Part shown: positions 34,452 to 47,540 of the stretch, in pieces | Layout: each line of letters starts with the position of its first letter | How positions within the stretch are numbered: the stretch's first letter is position 1 | From: Trichoplax sp. H2 | Taxonomy: Eukaryota | NCBI GenBank assembly: GCA_003344405.1 | Contig: NOWV01000102.1 | Span: 1-64,000 of the forward strand | Direction of reading: 5' to 3' | Length of the DNA: 64,000 bases | The notes under the pieces: model-generated | Told to the model about the DNA's origin: nothing | Seen by the model: only the letters and a program-made list of their open reading frames with translations | Database searches by the model: none | Translations under genes and position numbers: made by a program

Positions 34452-37400
34452 ATGAAAACGATATATTTGTTATTGTACTTCATTTTCATCTTGTTTACAA
34501 CTGATCCAACCAAATGTGCTGGTCGTATTTGGCGTTGGCATCAGGATCGCCTTAACCCTTATAAAATAGGTCATCATGGACCTACCTATTCACATCTCGT
34601 CGTTCAATCTCGACAGAATCAATCCTCCGGCTACGCTACATCTGAATCCTATTCTGCAACAACCAATCTTGCTACTTCGCAGGTTAAAGTTCATAATTTT
34701 GTCGACGATTTTCATTCTTCCTTTTTTGCTCAGAATTTAAGTATTTATGGCCGATTGATAGTTGTTAACAATCCGTTAAGAACTATTTCTGTACTTGAAC
34801 CCCACAGCCCCGGCGGTTGTAATATGTCTATTATGTCGACAGTAGCAGACACTGCTCAAAGAGCTCATTGCCATGTAGCCATGAATGCTGGATTTTATAA
34901 TGCGGAAAAAGGAACATGCTACGGTAATATTATTTCCAATGGCAGACGGGTTAAAATAGCCAATGTTCAAAACGTGAATTTTGGTATCCGCAAGAATGGA
35001 TCGATTATTGTTGGTTATTTAACGGAAGAAGAAATTCTTGATGATGAAAATCCATTTGTTCAGTTAGTCTCAGGTAAGCGTAAAACATGAAAACCAGGCT
35101 TTTACCTTAGATAAATAGATATGATGCCGTCATGGACTTGTTTACGTAATAAACCAGTGATTTTAATAAATATTTAGAAATCATCGTAAACATTACATAG
35201 CGTTAGCTCATATTGATTATAATGGTCACTGCTGCTTGGTAGTCTACAAATAAAATATTGTCGTCGACAGTAAGCAATTAACTTAGTAACTAAGCTTCTA
35301 CTTTCTAATATAATTGCCATGCCATGAACTTGTTTACAGAATAAATAAGTGATTTGATGAATATTTACAAATGATCGTCAGCATTCTATAGTAAATTTTC
35401 GTGTTGAGTATACTGTAGATTAGCTAGCACGCTCCCTAACAGTCTATGGAGTAAAATAGCATAGTCCAATGCGTAGTTTACTTGGCTCAGATGGAATCGG
35501 TTGTATACTGTACCTTACGAGGTATAAAATGTGAAGTCGAGGGCGTTACATATTACTATCGTGCATCAACTACGAGCATCGTGTCGTATGGTCGTACTTT
35601 ACGAAGCCGGTAATCGATTTCATAGTGACCTACTATTGTTAGTCTTAATTAATATTAAGTTAATAGTTTAGTATTATAAATATATATGTCCCATTTGAAA
35701 CTCTTATTCCACATTAAGAGTAAAATTGTTGCTTATTCATGCACGACTCAGCATGTACCAGTGGTATACTTAGATATAAATGATGTAATATTTACGGTAA
35801 TAAACATACGAGTATATGTTTTTAGGTGTAATATGGCTAGTCAGAAATGGAAAATTGTACATTAAAGAGAGCATAGAAATGGAAAGTAGTCAGCGGGACG
35901 ATCTTGGAATACTCAAACAGTTTGTTGAAGCCAGATCAGCTAGGAATGCCATTGGCCATGACAGAGATGGAAATGTTATGTTGATGCAAATAGAAGGCCA
36001 AACAAATCTTAATGGGTAAGCTTAATGTTCAAATATTATCATAGTGCGTGACAGTATAGCATAATTTTTAATACAATAGTCAAGATACATTGCAATACAT
36101 TTTAAATTATTGTTATAAAATATTGAAAAGTAAAAATCACGCTTATATACTATTTTAGTTACTCCTTAAACTAATTATTTCTTCCATTCTATCTCCTCTG
36201 CATCCGTCATTAAGAGTTGATATTTATATAGACATGTAACGACCTTTTGTTAGATTTACAATTTTAAAATAACACTACTCAATTATTTCTCGAACGGAAA
36301 TGAGATCTAGACTGTGTGCATTTATAGCAATGAATGTATATACGAGAAACTGTAAATTTAGTTTTTAATAAGACATCTAATTATATGATGTATTCTACGT
36401 ACCCCAGATTAAATCTATACGACTTTGCAATGAAATTAATTGAATCAGGATTTGTCAATGCTATTAATTTGGATGGCGGAGGATCATCAACAACTGTCAT
36501 TGATGGTGTTACGGTTGGCTATCCATCAAATCACTGGTAAGTATTATAACCTTCGTAGTAATACTACATCAGTAATATCTTGTAATTTCTTAAATAATAA
36601 CTTCCATAGCATCTAATTTAACTTATTCCTATTCTCAAGCTTACTTTTTATGAATCTGAGATTATGCTGTTTACTGAAAGACTGCAATAATGCGATATCA
36701 TGTTACTGAAAAAACAATTGAAATTTGCTTCTAGCTGATATACCTATCTTTTATTTCAGTAGCAAATCTAATACGGCCTTTGGATGTTCTCAAGCAGTGT
36801 CTACAGTTATATGCATTCAGGACTTACATTGTTTGCCTCAAGATTGCAATAACCATGGCAAATGTATAAATGGAAAATGTCTGTGTAACGATCACTGGAC
36901 CGGCGAAACTTGTGATACTACTATCTGTGAATACTTACGTAATTGTTCAGGAAATGGCCAATGCACACAAGGTTTCTTCTAAGGAAAGATTTCTAAACAA
37001 TGAACGACTATATTTAGTCTTGCGATATTACGTTAGTCGTTAAATTTTTTCGGACATATTTCCTTGCATTCTCAAAAATTCAAAAATTAATAAGACTACG
37101 AGAAATTAAATAGCAGAATTCATACCGTACAACAGGATTTGTTACCGATTCTATTAGCTGTATATTATCATTTGATGGAAATTAGTTAACAATATCTACG
37201 GTTAGAAATGAAATAACAGAAGTTATACAATAGCTATTGATACTCTCTATTGGAACTTTGGAAGTAACAATAAGTGGTTACCATTGATCGAAAAAAGTGT
37301 ATAGAATTACTATGAGAAAAATAATTAAATTTATATAATACTATTTGACCACTACAACTATCACACTAATTGATTGAGCCTAAACTGGAGATCAGTTTAC

Positions 37401-40400
37401 TAATTTACTGTTAATGCGAAAAATCTATAATGGAGACTTGCTGTAGTTATGCTTCTAAAAATTTTTTGTGATTTTGATTCGTCATATTTAGATGGTTGTA
37501 ACTGTAATCCGGGATGGGTTGGGTTGTTTTGTGAGTTAGGTATGTATCGTACACTGAATTATCACATCTTCTTTGAAATGTATATAGTATTTTGTATTAT
37601 GATTGAAAAATCTCTTGGAAGAGACAATGCTTCTAATAGTATTTTATGTTAGTATATTAGAATGAAGATAGGTCACAAAATGACAATTTATATAGAAGAA
37701 CTCTTGTTAGATAAGCTAACCCTGAATTTACTGATCATAAATTTTACCTATCATCTGCTTACGTCTTTACATAGATAACAGCATGTATTTTATATAATAG
37801 TATGAAGTAAAAAGGGACTGATATTCACCAAGTTTGATATAAATAGATCGTAGCTTGATTTAATAAAAATTAGAATTTCACAATTTAGCTTAGAGAGGAA
37901 GTTGAGCTACGGTAACTTTCTGACAATATACAATCAGTCCATTGAATACTATATGACATACTGTAGATAACAGCATATTTTTATATCATGTTATCTTGTA
38001 AAGATGAATTAATCTTTACCTTGCTATACATTAAAATTGTGGCTAAATTTAAAGTTAGATTTCCACGGTTTTGCCTAGAGAGAGACTTGGAATTAATTTA
38101 ACCTCCTGATAATAGGAGATAGTTCATCTTTTGAGCACGACAGTATTACATACAAATACCGGATAGAACAAAATTTTACAGTTGACTCTATATTCTGCCA
38201 TTACTCTAACTTTTTGATCTATAAATGAGTGATAGAATAGATAGTAGCAAATTGAGAATGATTCTAATATGTTGTTTAGCTCATCCTCGCACGGATTTTG
38301 GTCAGAGATGCAATCGGGTATGTAATTGTGAAAATGGAGCAAAATTGGATCTGGTAACCGGAGATTGCCCCTGCTTACAAGATTGGACGGAAAGTTTTTG
38401 TGATAGAGGTAAACTTTTAGCTAGTATTTAGCACAAGCTCTACAATATCTAGAATTGCATTTCGTATCATTAGAAATAGTGCTTATGCGCTTCTGTTCTG
38501 TGATACACTCCATTTTGCATTTAGAATGTCCGCTGGGCTTCTATGGTAAACTTTGCATCGACAAGTGCAATTGTGATTCCCCTTGCATGTGTAATCTTGT
38601 AACTGGGAAATGTGAAAAAGAAAGTGAACGGTGTAATCGCCTAAATAAATCCCGTGGCTATGTTGAGTTTGAATCTACACCGACTGCAACGAATCTCGCC
38701 AGCCCACAAATTAAAGTCCATGAGTTTATGGACGATTTTTATTCTTCCTTTTTTTCTGAAAGTTTAGTGGTTTACGGTCGACTCATCGTAATCGAGGATC
38801 CGTTAAGAACTGTTTCCGTCCTTGAGCCAAATGGGCCTGGCGGCTGCAATATATCTACTATGGCGACGGTAGTAGATACCTCTCGAAGAGCTGGGTGCTA
38901 TTTAGCAATGAATGCTGGTTATTTTAATGCAGAAACCAGAGGATGCCTCGGTAATATTATCTCCAACGGTAGACTGGTTCGAATAACGAGTGTTAAGAAC
39001 GTTAATTTTGGTATTCGTAAAAATGGATCAATTATTGTTGGTTATTTAACCGAGGATGATATTCTCGATAGCAGAAATCCATTTATTCAGTTAATTTCAG
39101 GTAAGGATTACCCTAAGTGTTGAAATCAGATATTCTGCTAGATGTAATAGGAATTTAAGCCCCTGAATTCATCGAGATATTAAAGCAGTGATTTTTATAC
39201 ATATTTACAACTGTCTTGAAAGTTAATTGAGGATTCGTTGTTTTGAGTATAGTATTAACTACTACGATGTCTGACAATCTAGAATATCAGGGTATAATAG
39301 TCTAAGTAAAAGTAAAAATTCTCTCAATTTTATTAATTATTGAGGAATTTATCTAGATAATAAATTTTAGTAATTTTATAATTTTCCGGAAACGGCCAAG
39401 AACATTTTTGAGCATTATTTGCGCTGAGAATCGCCTTAAGTGCTGTCGAAGAATCTGTGGAATCAAAGTAGTACGGTGGAGGAATTAAACTTAGCTTAAT
39501 TATTATGGCAAGAAATTGGTATAGAAAATATATTTGGGTAGCATATATATTAAATCAGTGATATTTTAAAAACCTGCTGCATTATTTACCCGAAATATAG
39601 CGTTACCAGCTGCTTGACAAATTTATAACAGCAAAATATTACAGTAAAAGTAATAAGCTCAGCTCCTGTTGCCTTTAAATTCGCTCAAGAACGTTATAAA
39701 GCAATGTTAACCATAATATTTACTACTATCTAACAATCTATAGCTCCAAAATATTGTAACCAAACAACTAAACTTGGCTCAGATCCTTAGCTGTACAGTA
39801 TATTATATTACACAAAGTTATGGATAATAAAACTAGTAAAATAGCTAATTTACCATCCTATCGTTACTATCCTTTGCAATTACCTTACACTTTAGGTCCT
39901 GCATGATCTACTAACATTAAGCTGATACAGTAATGCTTCCAGTATACTTTTTAAAACCTGGAAAATAGTTAATACCTCGTATCATCTAAAGATGCGCCTG
40001 TTTAATGCAATTGATACGGTTCATATCGACTGCTAATGCAGTAATATCTGCTATTATTCATGAAGCAGTACCGTACAGTCTACGGAATATTAATTTAAGA
40101 TAGATAATTATAATTTATTCATGCAGGTGTTATATGGTTAGTAAGAAATGGAAAATCATATGTCAAAGAAAGCATGGAAATGGAAAGCATAAAACGAAAG
40201 GATATTAGATTATTAAAGTGGTTTGTTGAAACTAAATCAGCCAGAAATGCCATTGGCCATGACAGAGATGGAAATGTTATGCTGGTACAAACAGAAGGCC
40301 AGACAAACTTTGAGGGGTAAGTTAAAGGTTCCAAATACCCCGGTATTAGGAAGTACACAACTGATAGTATGTATTAGTCCGATTTTGGAATATACTGCAA

Positions 40401-42438
40401 TGCCAGTATATCTTGAAATATTCTAGAGTATTTAAAAGTAAATAATGCTGTAAACAATCCTAATTTGATCAGTGCTTTAACACCTGCATTTTACAATTCT
40501 ATCAATATTCTACAACTTAGGATAGCAGCTTTGCATATAATGAAAATGTTGTAATTCTGTCGTAGCTTTATTTAATACGGTACGATCTTAAATTTACGCC
40601 ACCCAATAATTTTTCTTGAACTCCAACAAGATCTGGACTGTTTGCAGAGATGTCAATAAACATATATGCAATACTAATAAGAATATTCAATTTCATAAGA
40701 ATAATAATATTCGATTTAATAAGAGAATCTATTAATTGATTATTGACTCTATAAATCTCAGATTAAACTTATATGACTTTGCCGAGAAACTAATCGAATC
40801 TGGATTTGTCAATGCTATCAATTTGGACGGGGGAGGATCATTAACAACAGTTGTCAAAGGTGTTACCATTGGCTTCCCATCTGATCCATGGTAATATTTA
40901 TATAACATTTGTTGTAATGTTAGAACCCTAACAATTTGAGATTTCCGAAAGTCGCATGAGTCTTGGACATGTTATAATTATCTTCTATCTTCCATATTTG
41001 ATGATGATAAATATTATATCAATATACTGTCATTCTTAGTATTTAAAGTCTTGCTATAAGGTTATCCTATATTATTATAGAATGCTGATAAATGTTAAGA
41101 TATTCTTGGAGCTAATGTAGTAATATTTCTAATTGTAAACGATATCAACAGTGAATCAAATATAGCCTATCGATGTGCTCGACCAGTATCTACAGTTATA
41201 TGTGCTCATCGCTTGCATTGCATACCTCAAGATTGCAATAACCATGGTAGATGTTTACATGGAAAATGTCTTTGCAACCATAACTGGACTGGTGAAGCTT
41301 GTGAAATTACTATTTGTGGATACTTACACAACTGTTCAGGAAATGGTCTATGTACCCCAGGTTCATTTTTGAAGAAATACTTACCTACATAATTTTGTCA
41401 TGAGTAGAAATGGTCAAATTAAATTCTTCAATAAAGTTTCTCGGGTGCAATAAAGAAATATTGCTACGAAAATTTGCAAATTTTAAATTTTCTCCTTAAC
41501 ATTTAGATGGTTGTAGTTGTAACCCGGGATGGATTGGATTATATTGTCAGAAAGGTATTTATCGTGTAACTAATTCTTGTATTTTGCTCTATAAAAGGGA
41601 TATAGTATACCCTAATGACAATTACATCTCCAATGAAACCTGTACTTTCAACTATTAATATATATTTTGTATCGGTATTCCATTTAGAATGCGTTTGCTG
41701 ATAGAATTTAATAAATTAAGAATCATGTTAATATTGTCTAGCTTGTCCTGCAACAACTTTTGGCCAGAGATATAATCAGACGTGTATATGTCAAAATAGA
41801 GCTCAATGTGATCCTATAACTGGCAACTGTTCCTGCTTACAGGGTTGGACAGGCAGATATTGTGATAGAGGTAAAGTTCTTATTGATTCATTAGTACAAA
41901 TGATACAAAATCATGATTGCATTCCGTGTAATTAAAAGCACCGTCATTGCCACACAAAAAAGCTAATGATGCTGAAATCCGTCTTATTCTGTTACCCCAT
42001 TTCTCTTCTGCATTTAGAGTGTCCATTTGGCTTATATGGTAAGCTTTGTGTCCACAAGTGTACCTGTGATTTACTTTGTATGTGTAATCCAATAACTGGA
42101 GAATGTGAAAGCCAAAGTCGCCGTTGTCACTATCATAAAATTCAATGTCAGATGAAATCAAGGATTCTAAAATACAGGTATTAAGAATAACGAAGTATTA
42201 GCATTATTATCATATTGGGATAGAGCTTGGCCATTATGTCTAATTTAGTTGGAAATTTCCATTTAATCGATAATTTTATACTGCATCAATCATTTCTACA
42301 TTTACCTGACTTTGAAATACTTATTATAAATATATTCGTATTCTGAATAGATTAAGAAAACTAGATTTCTTTGGATATCTTGCTGCTTTTATTGTGAGTG
42401 TCTTTTCATCGCTGTATATATTCCTACTCGTTCAATGA
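34452..42438 (+). CDS. NAGPA: NAGPA/uncovering-enzyme-like phosphodiester glycosidase with two tandem catalytic domains, EGF-like repeats and a C-terminal hydrophobic segment
   Basis: Signal peptide MKTIYLLLYFIFILF. Motifs NPLRTISVLEP, MNAGF, NVNFGIRKNG, SGVIWLVRNG, SARNAIGHD, NAINLDGGGS and VSTVIC each occur twice. Phase-consistent exons: 34452-35072, 35826-36015, 36408-36536, 36760-36971, 37492-37539, 38280-38408, 38525-39100, 40127-40316, 40762-40890, 41152-41360, 41507-41554, 41742-41870, 42018-42177, 42351-42438. Confidence 0.82.
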
Positions 42439-42499
42439 CAATTGGGAGGAAAGAGTTTACTACGCGTTACGACTAAGCAAACCAAAAAACGATGATGAT

Positions 42500-42792
42500 G
42501 ATAAATCAATTATAACTGCTTAAGGATCACATTCCGATGGCGTAGATGATGACGGAAAGGCTTTTAGAAAGCAGTCGTAAAACTAAACAAGCTAGCAACG
42601 AAGGTGTGAATACTCGTAAATCAATTATAGCTGCTTCAGGATCGCATTCTGATGGAGTGATGATGGAAAGGCTTTTAGAAAGCAGTCGTAGGATTGAACA
42701 AACTAGCAACGAAGATTAGGATAAATCAATTATAATTGCTTAAGAACTGCATTCAGATAACATAGATGGTGACGGAATGACTTTTAGAAAGT
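42500..42792 (+). repeat. ~100-115 bp tandem repeat x3 downstream of the NAGPA-like stop
   Basis: taaatcaattata.ctgctt.agga.c.cattc.gat...ga.ggaa.g.cttttagaaag at ~42502, ~42617 and ~42722. Confidence 0.8.
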
Positions 42793-43899
42793 TTTCCGTT
42801 TCATATGAAATCAAACATAGTTTACGTTGGTAGCCTTGCTGGTCATTTACTGAATTAATGACTTCCATATTTATTTATGAAATGTTCTACATAATTTTTA
42901 TATTGAAATTTTGATAATATTACAGTATTGGGCAATCGAATCTAATGCTATTAATCGATAGAATGATATGCTATTTTGATTGATTAGTTATGACAGAGCT
43001 GCACTTTTTATGTAACAAAAGTAAATAATCTTAGCCTTGAAGTTCATATAAGTTTTCATTCTATTCTATAGAAAGGAAACTTTTTATTAATCGTCAGTAG
43101 GACATACTATCATATTGCAATCTACTAATTATAACAGAAATAGAATAATTTTATGAAGAAGTTGTCAATTTTTATTCCAACATTTATCAATTCCTACTTG
43201 CATTCAGTTTGCAATGAATGTTGCTTGCTGGTAGCATATACACTGCTGCGATTTACTAATTATGAAGGAAGCAGATCGTTTCATGGAAAAATAATCAGAA
43301 TCTTCGCTCTAATATTTATGTAAATTTCCAATTGGGTTTGATTTAATTGATCAAGAGAAGCGAAGAATCTTTATTCTAAATTTTTTAATATTTAAAATTG
43401 CATCTATTGAAATTCATGAAATTTATTGTCGACATAAGTGCTGAAGAATGCTATTTATGATGGAACTTATTTACGATGTCAATATAAAATAATTACTCGA
43501 ATACTCTCGAAGATTTTAACAGTTTGGTCTCTCTATTCGATTACAATTACTACTGCCTATCGTCAGCGCGATCCCCTCAATGCAATTAGTAATTATGATA
43601 GAAAGAGATTATTTTATTGGGCGATTGAATAAACAAAGTCATATTTCTAATATCAGTAACAAAATCTAGACCAATTTGGCCTTTCACGGAATAATTGCAA
43701 AACGAATAGGCAGAAAACCTGTCATTATTTAGCCGTAATATTTCGAAATTAATATTGTACAGTGAGGGCTTTTAAGTAGTAAAGAGGATAACAAAATGTA
43801 GTAATTGCAATTAGATACCTGAGGATGCTATTAAATACGCATAATTAGTACAAATTTTATGTGGGATACAATCTCAAGGTCAGTTTGGAATATCACAAA

Positions 43900-44360
43900 C
43901 ATTATAAGCTTAATTAGAGTTTCAGTTGGCATTAATAAATATTGAACTTATAGATGTAAAACTATCAATTTCCTATTTGGATAACTTAAAATTAATATTA
44001 TAGACCTGCTACCAGATCAGTTCTGGTATAAAGGAAATTAGGATAGTTATCTTATAATCTTAATTAGAATTTTCTATTAGCATTAATGAATATTGATTGA
44101 ACTGATATAAAACTGACAATTTTTTGTCTGAATAACTCAAATTAATATTATGGACTTGTTAGCTTTTTTCAGTATAAGAGAAATTAGGATAGCCATATCA
44201 TACGCTTAATTAGAGTTTGCCGTTGATATTAACGAATTCTGGACTTCAGGATATCAAACTATCAATTTTCTATTTGGATAGCCCCAAATAAATGTTATGG
44301 ACTTGCTGTTAGCTTTTTCAAGTATAAAGGAAACTAGAATAGCTATCTCATAAGCTTTGA
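43900..44360. repeat. ~150 bp tandem repeat x3
   Basis: cttaattaga.ttt...attaa..aat...aaact..caattt...t.t.gata.c..aaat.aat.ttat.gac.tg...gtataa.g.aaa.tag.atag occurs three times. Confidence 0.85.
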
Positions 44361-44979
44361 GCCAGAAAATGAGTGAATACTAAGTTAGTTAAGATAGAAC
44401 TCAATAATATAAATTGGTCCAATAGGTTTAATTGATTACGCTAAAATAGACATTTAGAAGTTTAAAAGACGATATAGCAGTTGAAATCGTGTATTAACTT
44501 TTCTATAACTATAGGAGACAGCGCTATTATAGACATGGTAAGATATGTTAGTCTACATTTAAAGTAGATCTACATTTTTGAGTTGTAGGTATCTTTCTAG
44601 AATAATTTATTGTCATCCTATTCAGCTAGCGCTGAGCCTATGCTTTGTTGTTGTGCAATCGATTTCTAATTGAGCTTACAATTTATGTTTCGAGCCTACA
44701 TAAATTTTTTAACTATAAGCTAAGCTTAGATCTTTAAAAGTGTCTAAGGCTAAATAACAATCTATATTAATCGTTGAGCACATGCTTTGAGTTCAAACTA
44801 CCAAGAATTTTTCTATTTAGCTAGCAATTCAGCTTCGATTTTTTGTTTTGAATCTAAATAATATTCCATGTATTATTCTTCGTAAAGATTATGTAAGGGC
44901 TTAAGCCTACATGAACATTTCCAAATTGCTATCATTAAAATCTTAATTTTACGTCTTGAGTCAACATAATATTTTATGT

Positions 44980-45217
44980 CTTGCTGGAAAAACGCCTCTT
45001 ATTACTGACTTAAAGAGGCGAGATTCGCTATATCACCAAATAATTCAGTTCCAACGACCGAATACCAAAGTATAATTAAAACGTCTCTGATAGTGTAAAC
45101 GAGGTAGTCTGAGATTTACTGCTATTTATTACTGAAGAAATCTTGACAACCAAGATTATAGCCTGGACAATTCAATAGCAATTGACAAACTAGTTGACTA
45201 ACTGGCCGACTAACTAA
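44980..45217 (-). mobile_element. Second, inverted copy of the dispersed repeat at ~22995-23226
   Basis: Reverse-complement match, e.g. taaagaggcgagatt.gctatatcaccaaataattcagttccaacgaccgaatac versus gtattcggtcgttggaactgaattatttggtgatatagctaatctcgcctcttta. Confidence 0.7.
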
Positions 45218-47540
45218 CTAAGACGTGGTCTTCATCTTGTTGACTAAAATTCCACCTTGTATCTTTAGTGTTATCGTTACTTGAGCTTACACTTGTCTTT
45301 TAAGCCGATATAGTATGATAAAATTTTACTAACTGAGCCTATATCTTGTTTTTAAGCCTGCATACAGTCATGTATTTTAATTGAGCGTACATTTGAATTC
45401 CTTTGCCCTGTAGCATTTTATACTTAATTATTGAAGAAGCCAATAGTTTTCGTCGTCTTAAATCTCTATTCAAATTTATGTTTTAGCTAGCAGAGGCTGA
45501 GAGAACACTTGATGTCTGCAGCCGGCATAATATGATATATTTTTATACCGCTAGCGTTTCGCCTTGTAATAATCAATTTTTTTATTCTAATCGTTGTCGG
45601 ATTTGTACATTGTCTATTTTGGCTAGCCGATCTCGCATACCTAGCTGTGTTTCATGTTTCTTTGATAACCTCATGGTCATATTCTTGTTATAGATCAAAC
45701 TTCTCCAGTTAGAGGTTAACTGATCTTTGGCTATCGTGAGTGAATAAGCCTGATGACTAATACCGGTAATAAATTATATTCACGTCATACGACCTTTAAC
45801 ACGCTATTTACAGAATATGAATAAATAAATAAACTATTTTCCTGGCGTTTTATTTTATATTTAAAGTTATGACGTGATTCACATCAAACTGTCAAAACTA
45901 TTTTGTTTTTAGAATAGGTAGCACCTACTTTTGCTAATAGTTAGATTAGCTTTTGACTAGTCGAAGTTTCAAATAATGAACCAGTTATCCTTCTAAATGC
46001 TTAGTAACTCTCTCCTAGTTGCGATCTAAAAATAATATTTATCGTTTGTTGCTATCTTTCGTTTAATTTTTACCCTTAAGTCAATTGCCTTGTCACTGTT
46101 TACGAGCATTTTTGAATTTAATTTACATTTTATTACGCGTAAATCTGAATAAATGTGAATCATTGCTACACTAAGTATTAATATTGAATTTTCTGGATAT
46201 AAGAGTTTTTACATCAAAGCTACTGTACGTGTATCGATAAAATCCTCTTCAATCGAAGCTAATATTATTTATGCAATAAAAAAATTGATGCTCTTTTGCA
46301 GAAGTAACGGCATTTTACAGTTACAAGTTTGATGAAAATGAGTAGCTTCAATAGCAAAATTAGTTTAATTCTGCCCTAAATTACTAATTTTTAGTTAGGA
46401 TAATACAATTCTGTAGCAGAACTGTTCTTTATGGGCAAGATCAATTTTAATTTATGTTAATAATTAAAACTGTTGGTATACAATTTTCTAATATAAAATC
46501 GACGTAGTTGTTAGGGTTGTTTAAAGCTTAATTAAATTCATAAGCTGTTAATTATATAGAAAACCTGGCCAATAGTAGTTATAGAATATTCATTAATTCC
46601 TTGCCAATAAAAATTACTACTAACCAATATGGTAGAGTAAAGGCGTTGTCGCCGTGCGTAAGCATAATATTATTATGTATAGCTATAATCTAAGTCTGTA
46701 TAATTTACGCTAATGAGTCAATCGAACTATTCTAAAATTCCAGTATTCTATTTTAAAAAGCTGTTATGTGTTCAAGAAAGTTGTAACGATAATCCTAGAC
46801 TGTGGTATTTGAAAGGCACTAGATCTTCAACAATGGCAGAATTAATAAGCTTACTAGGCGGGTATATCTGTGTTTATCTACCTTTAATTAATGATCAAGA
46901 GGAGGACACAATGCTACCACTGTTACAATTTTATCCTATTTGATATAAGTAGTACTGGTAACTATGCTTAATTAGGCTTAATCGCAATAATCGTGGAAAT
47001 TCCTAACGTTGGATAAACTCAGCTGGATTCCACATAATATTTCACATTTTTAAGTTCCTGAAGTAGCATGCTGATGGGATTTCGTGTTATTGCGGTAGAA
47101 AATCAAGACGGAATTCCTCGCGATGTACTGAGCAAAGTGCACTAATTTATTTTTGTTTTTCTCATAATCTATTGTATACAACCTAATTGGATAAGTTACT
47201 ATTGCACAGCAATCTAGTAACAGTAGGGAATAATTTAATGTTAATCATCGTCATTGATTTAAGGCAGAACCATATTGATTATCGTGAACATTAAAAGTTA
47301 CATCACTAGGCAAAAAACAGACAAAGATATTTCGAATTTTCCTACTTAGCTAGACATCGGTTGTATAGTCAACGATAATTTAGGTAAGATAGATGGTATC
47401 ATATTGGAGAGCTAAGGAATAACTTTAACTAATAATAAAATTATTCATTATACCTTGAAAACTTCAGCTTAGTAATCAATTTTTCTAATTTTCTAACTTG
47501 ATCTTTTGCTAAGGTGCCAATTAAAAAGAGAACTCACAAA

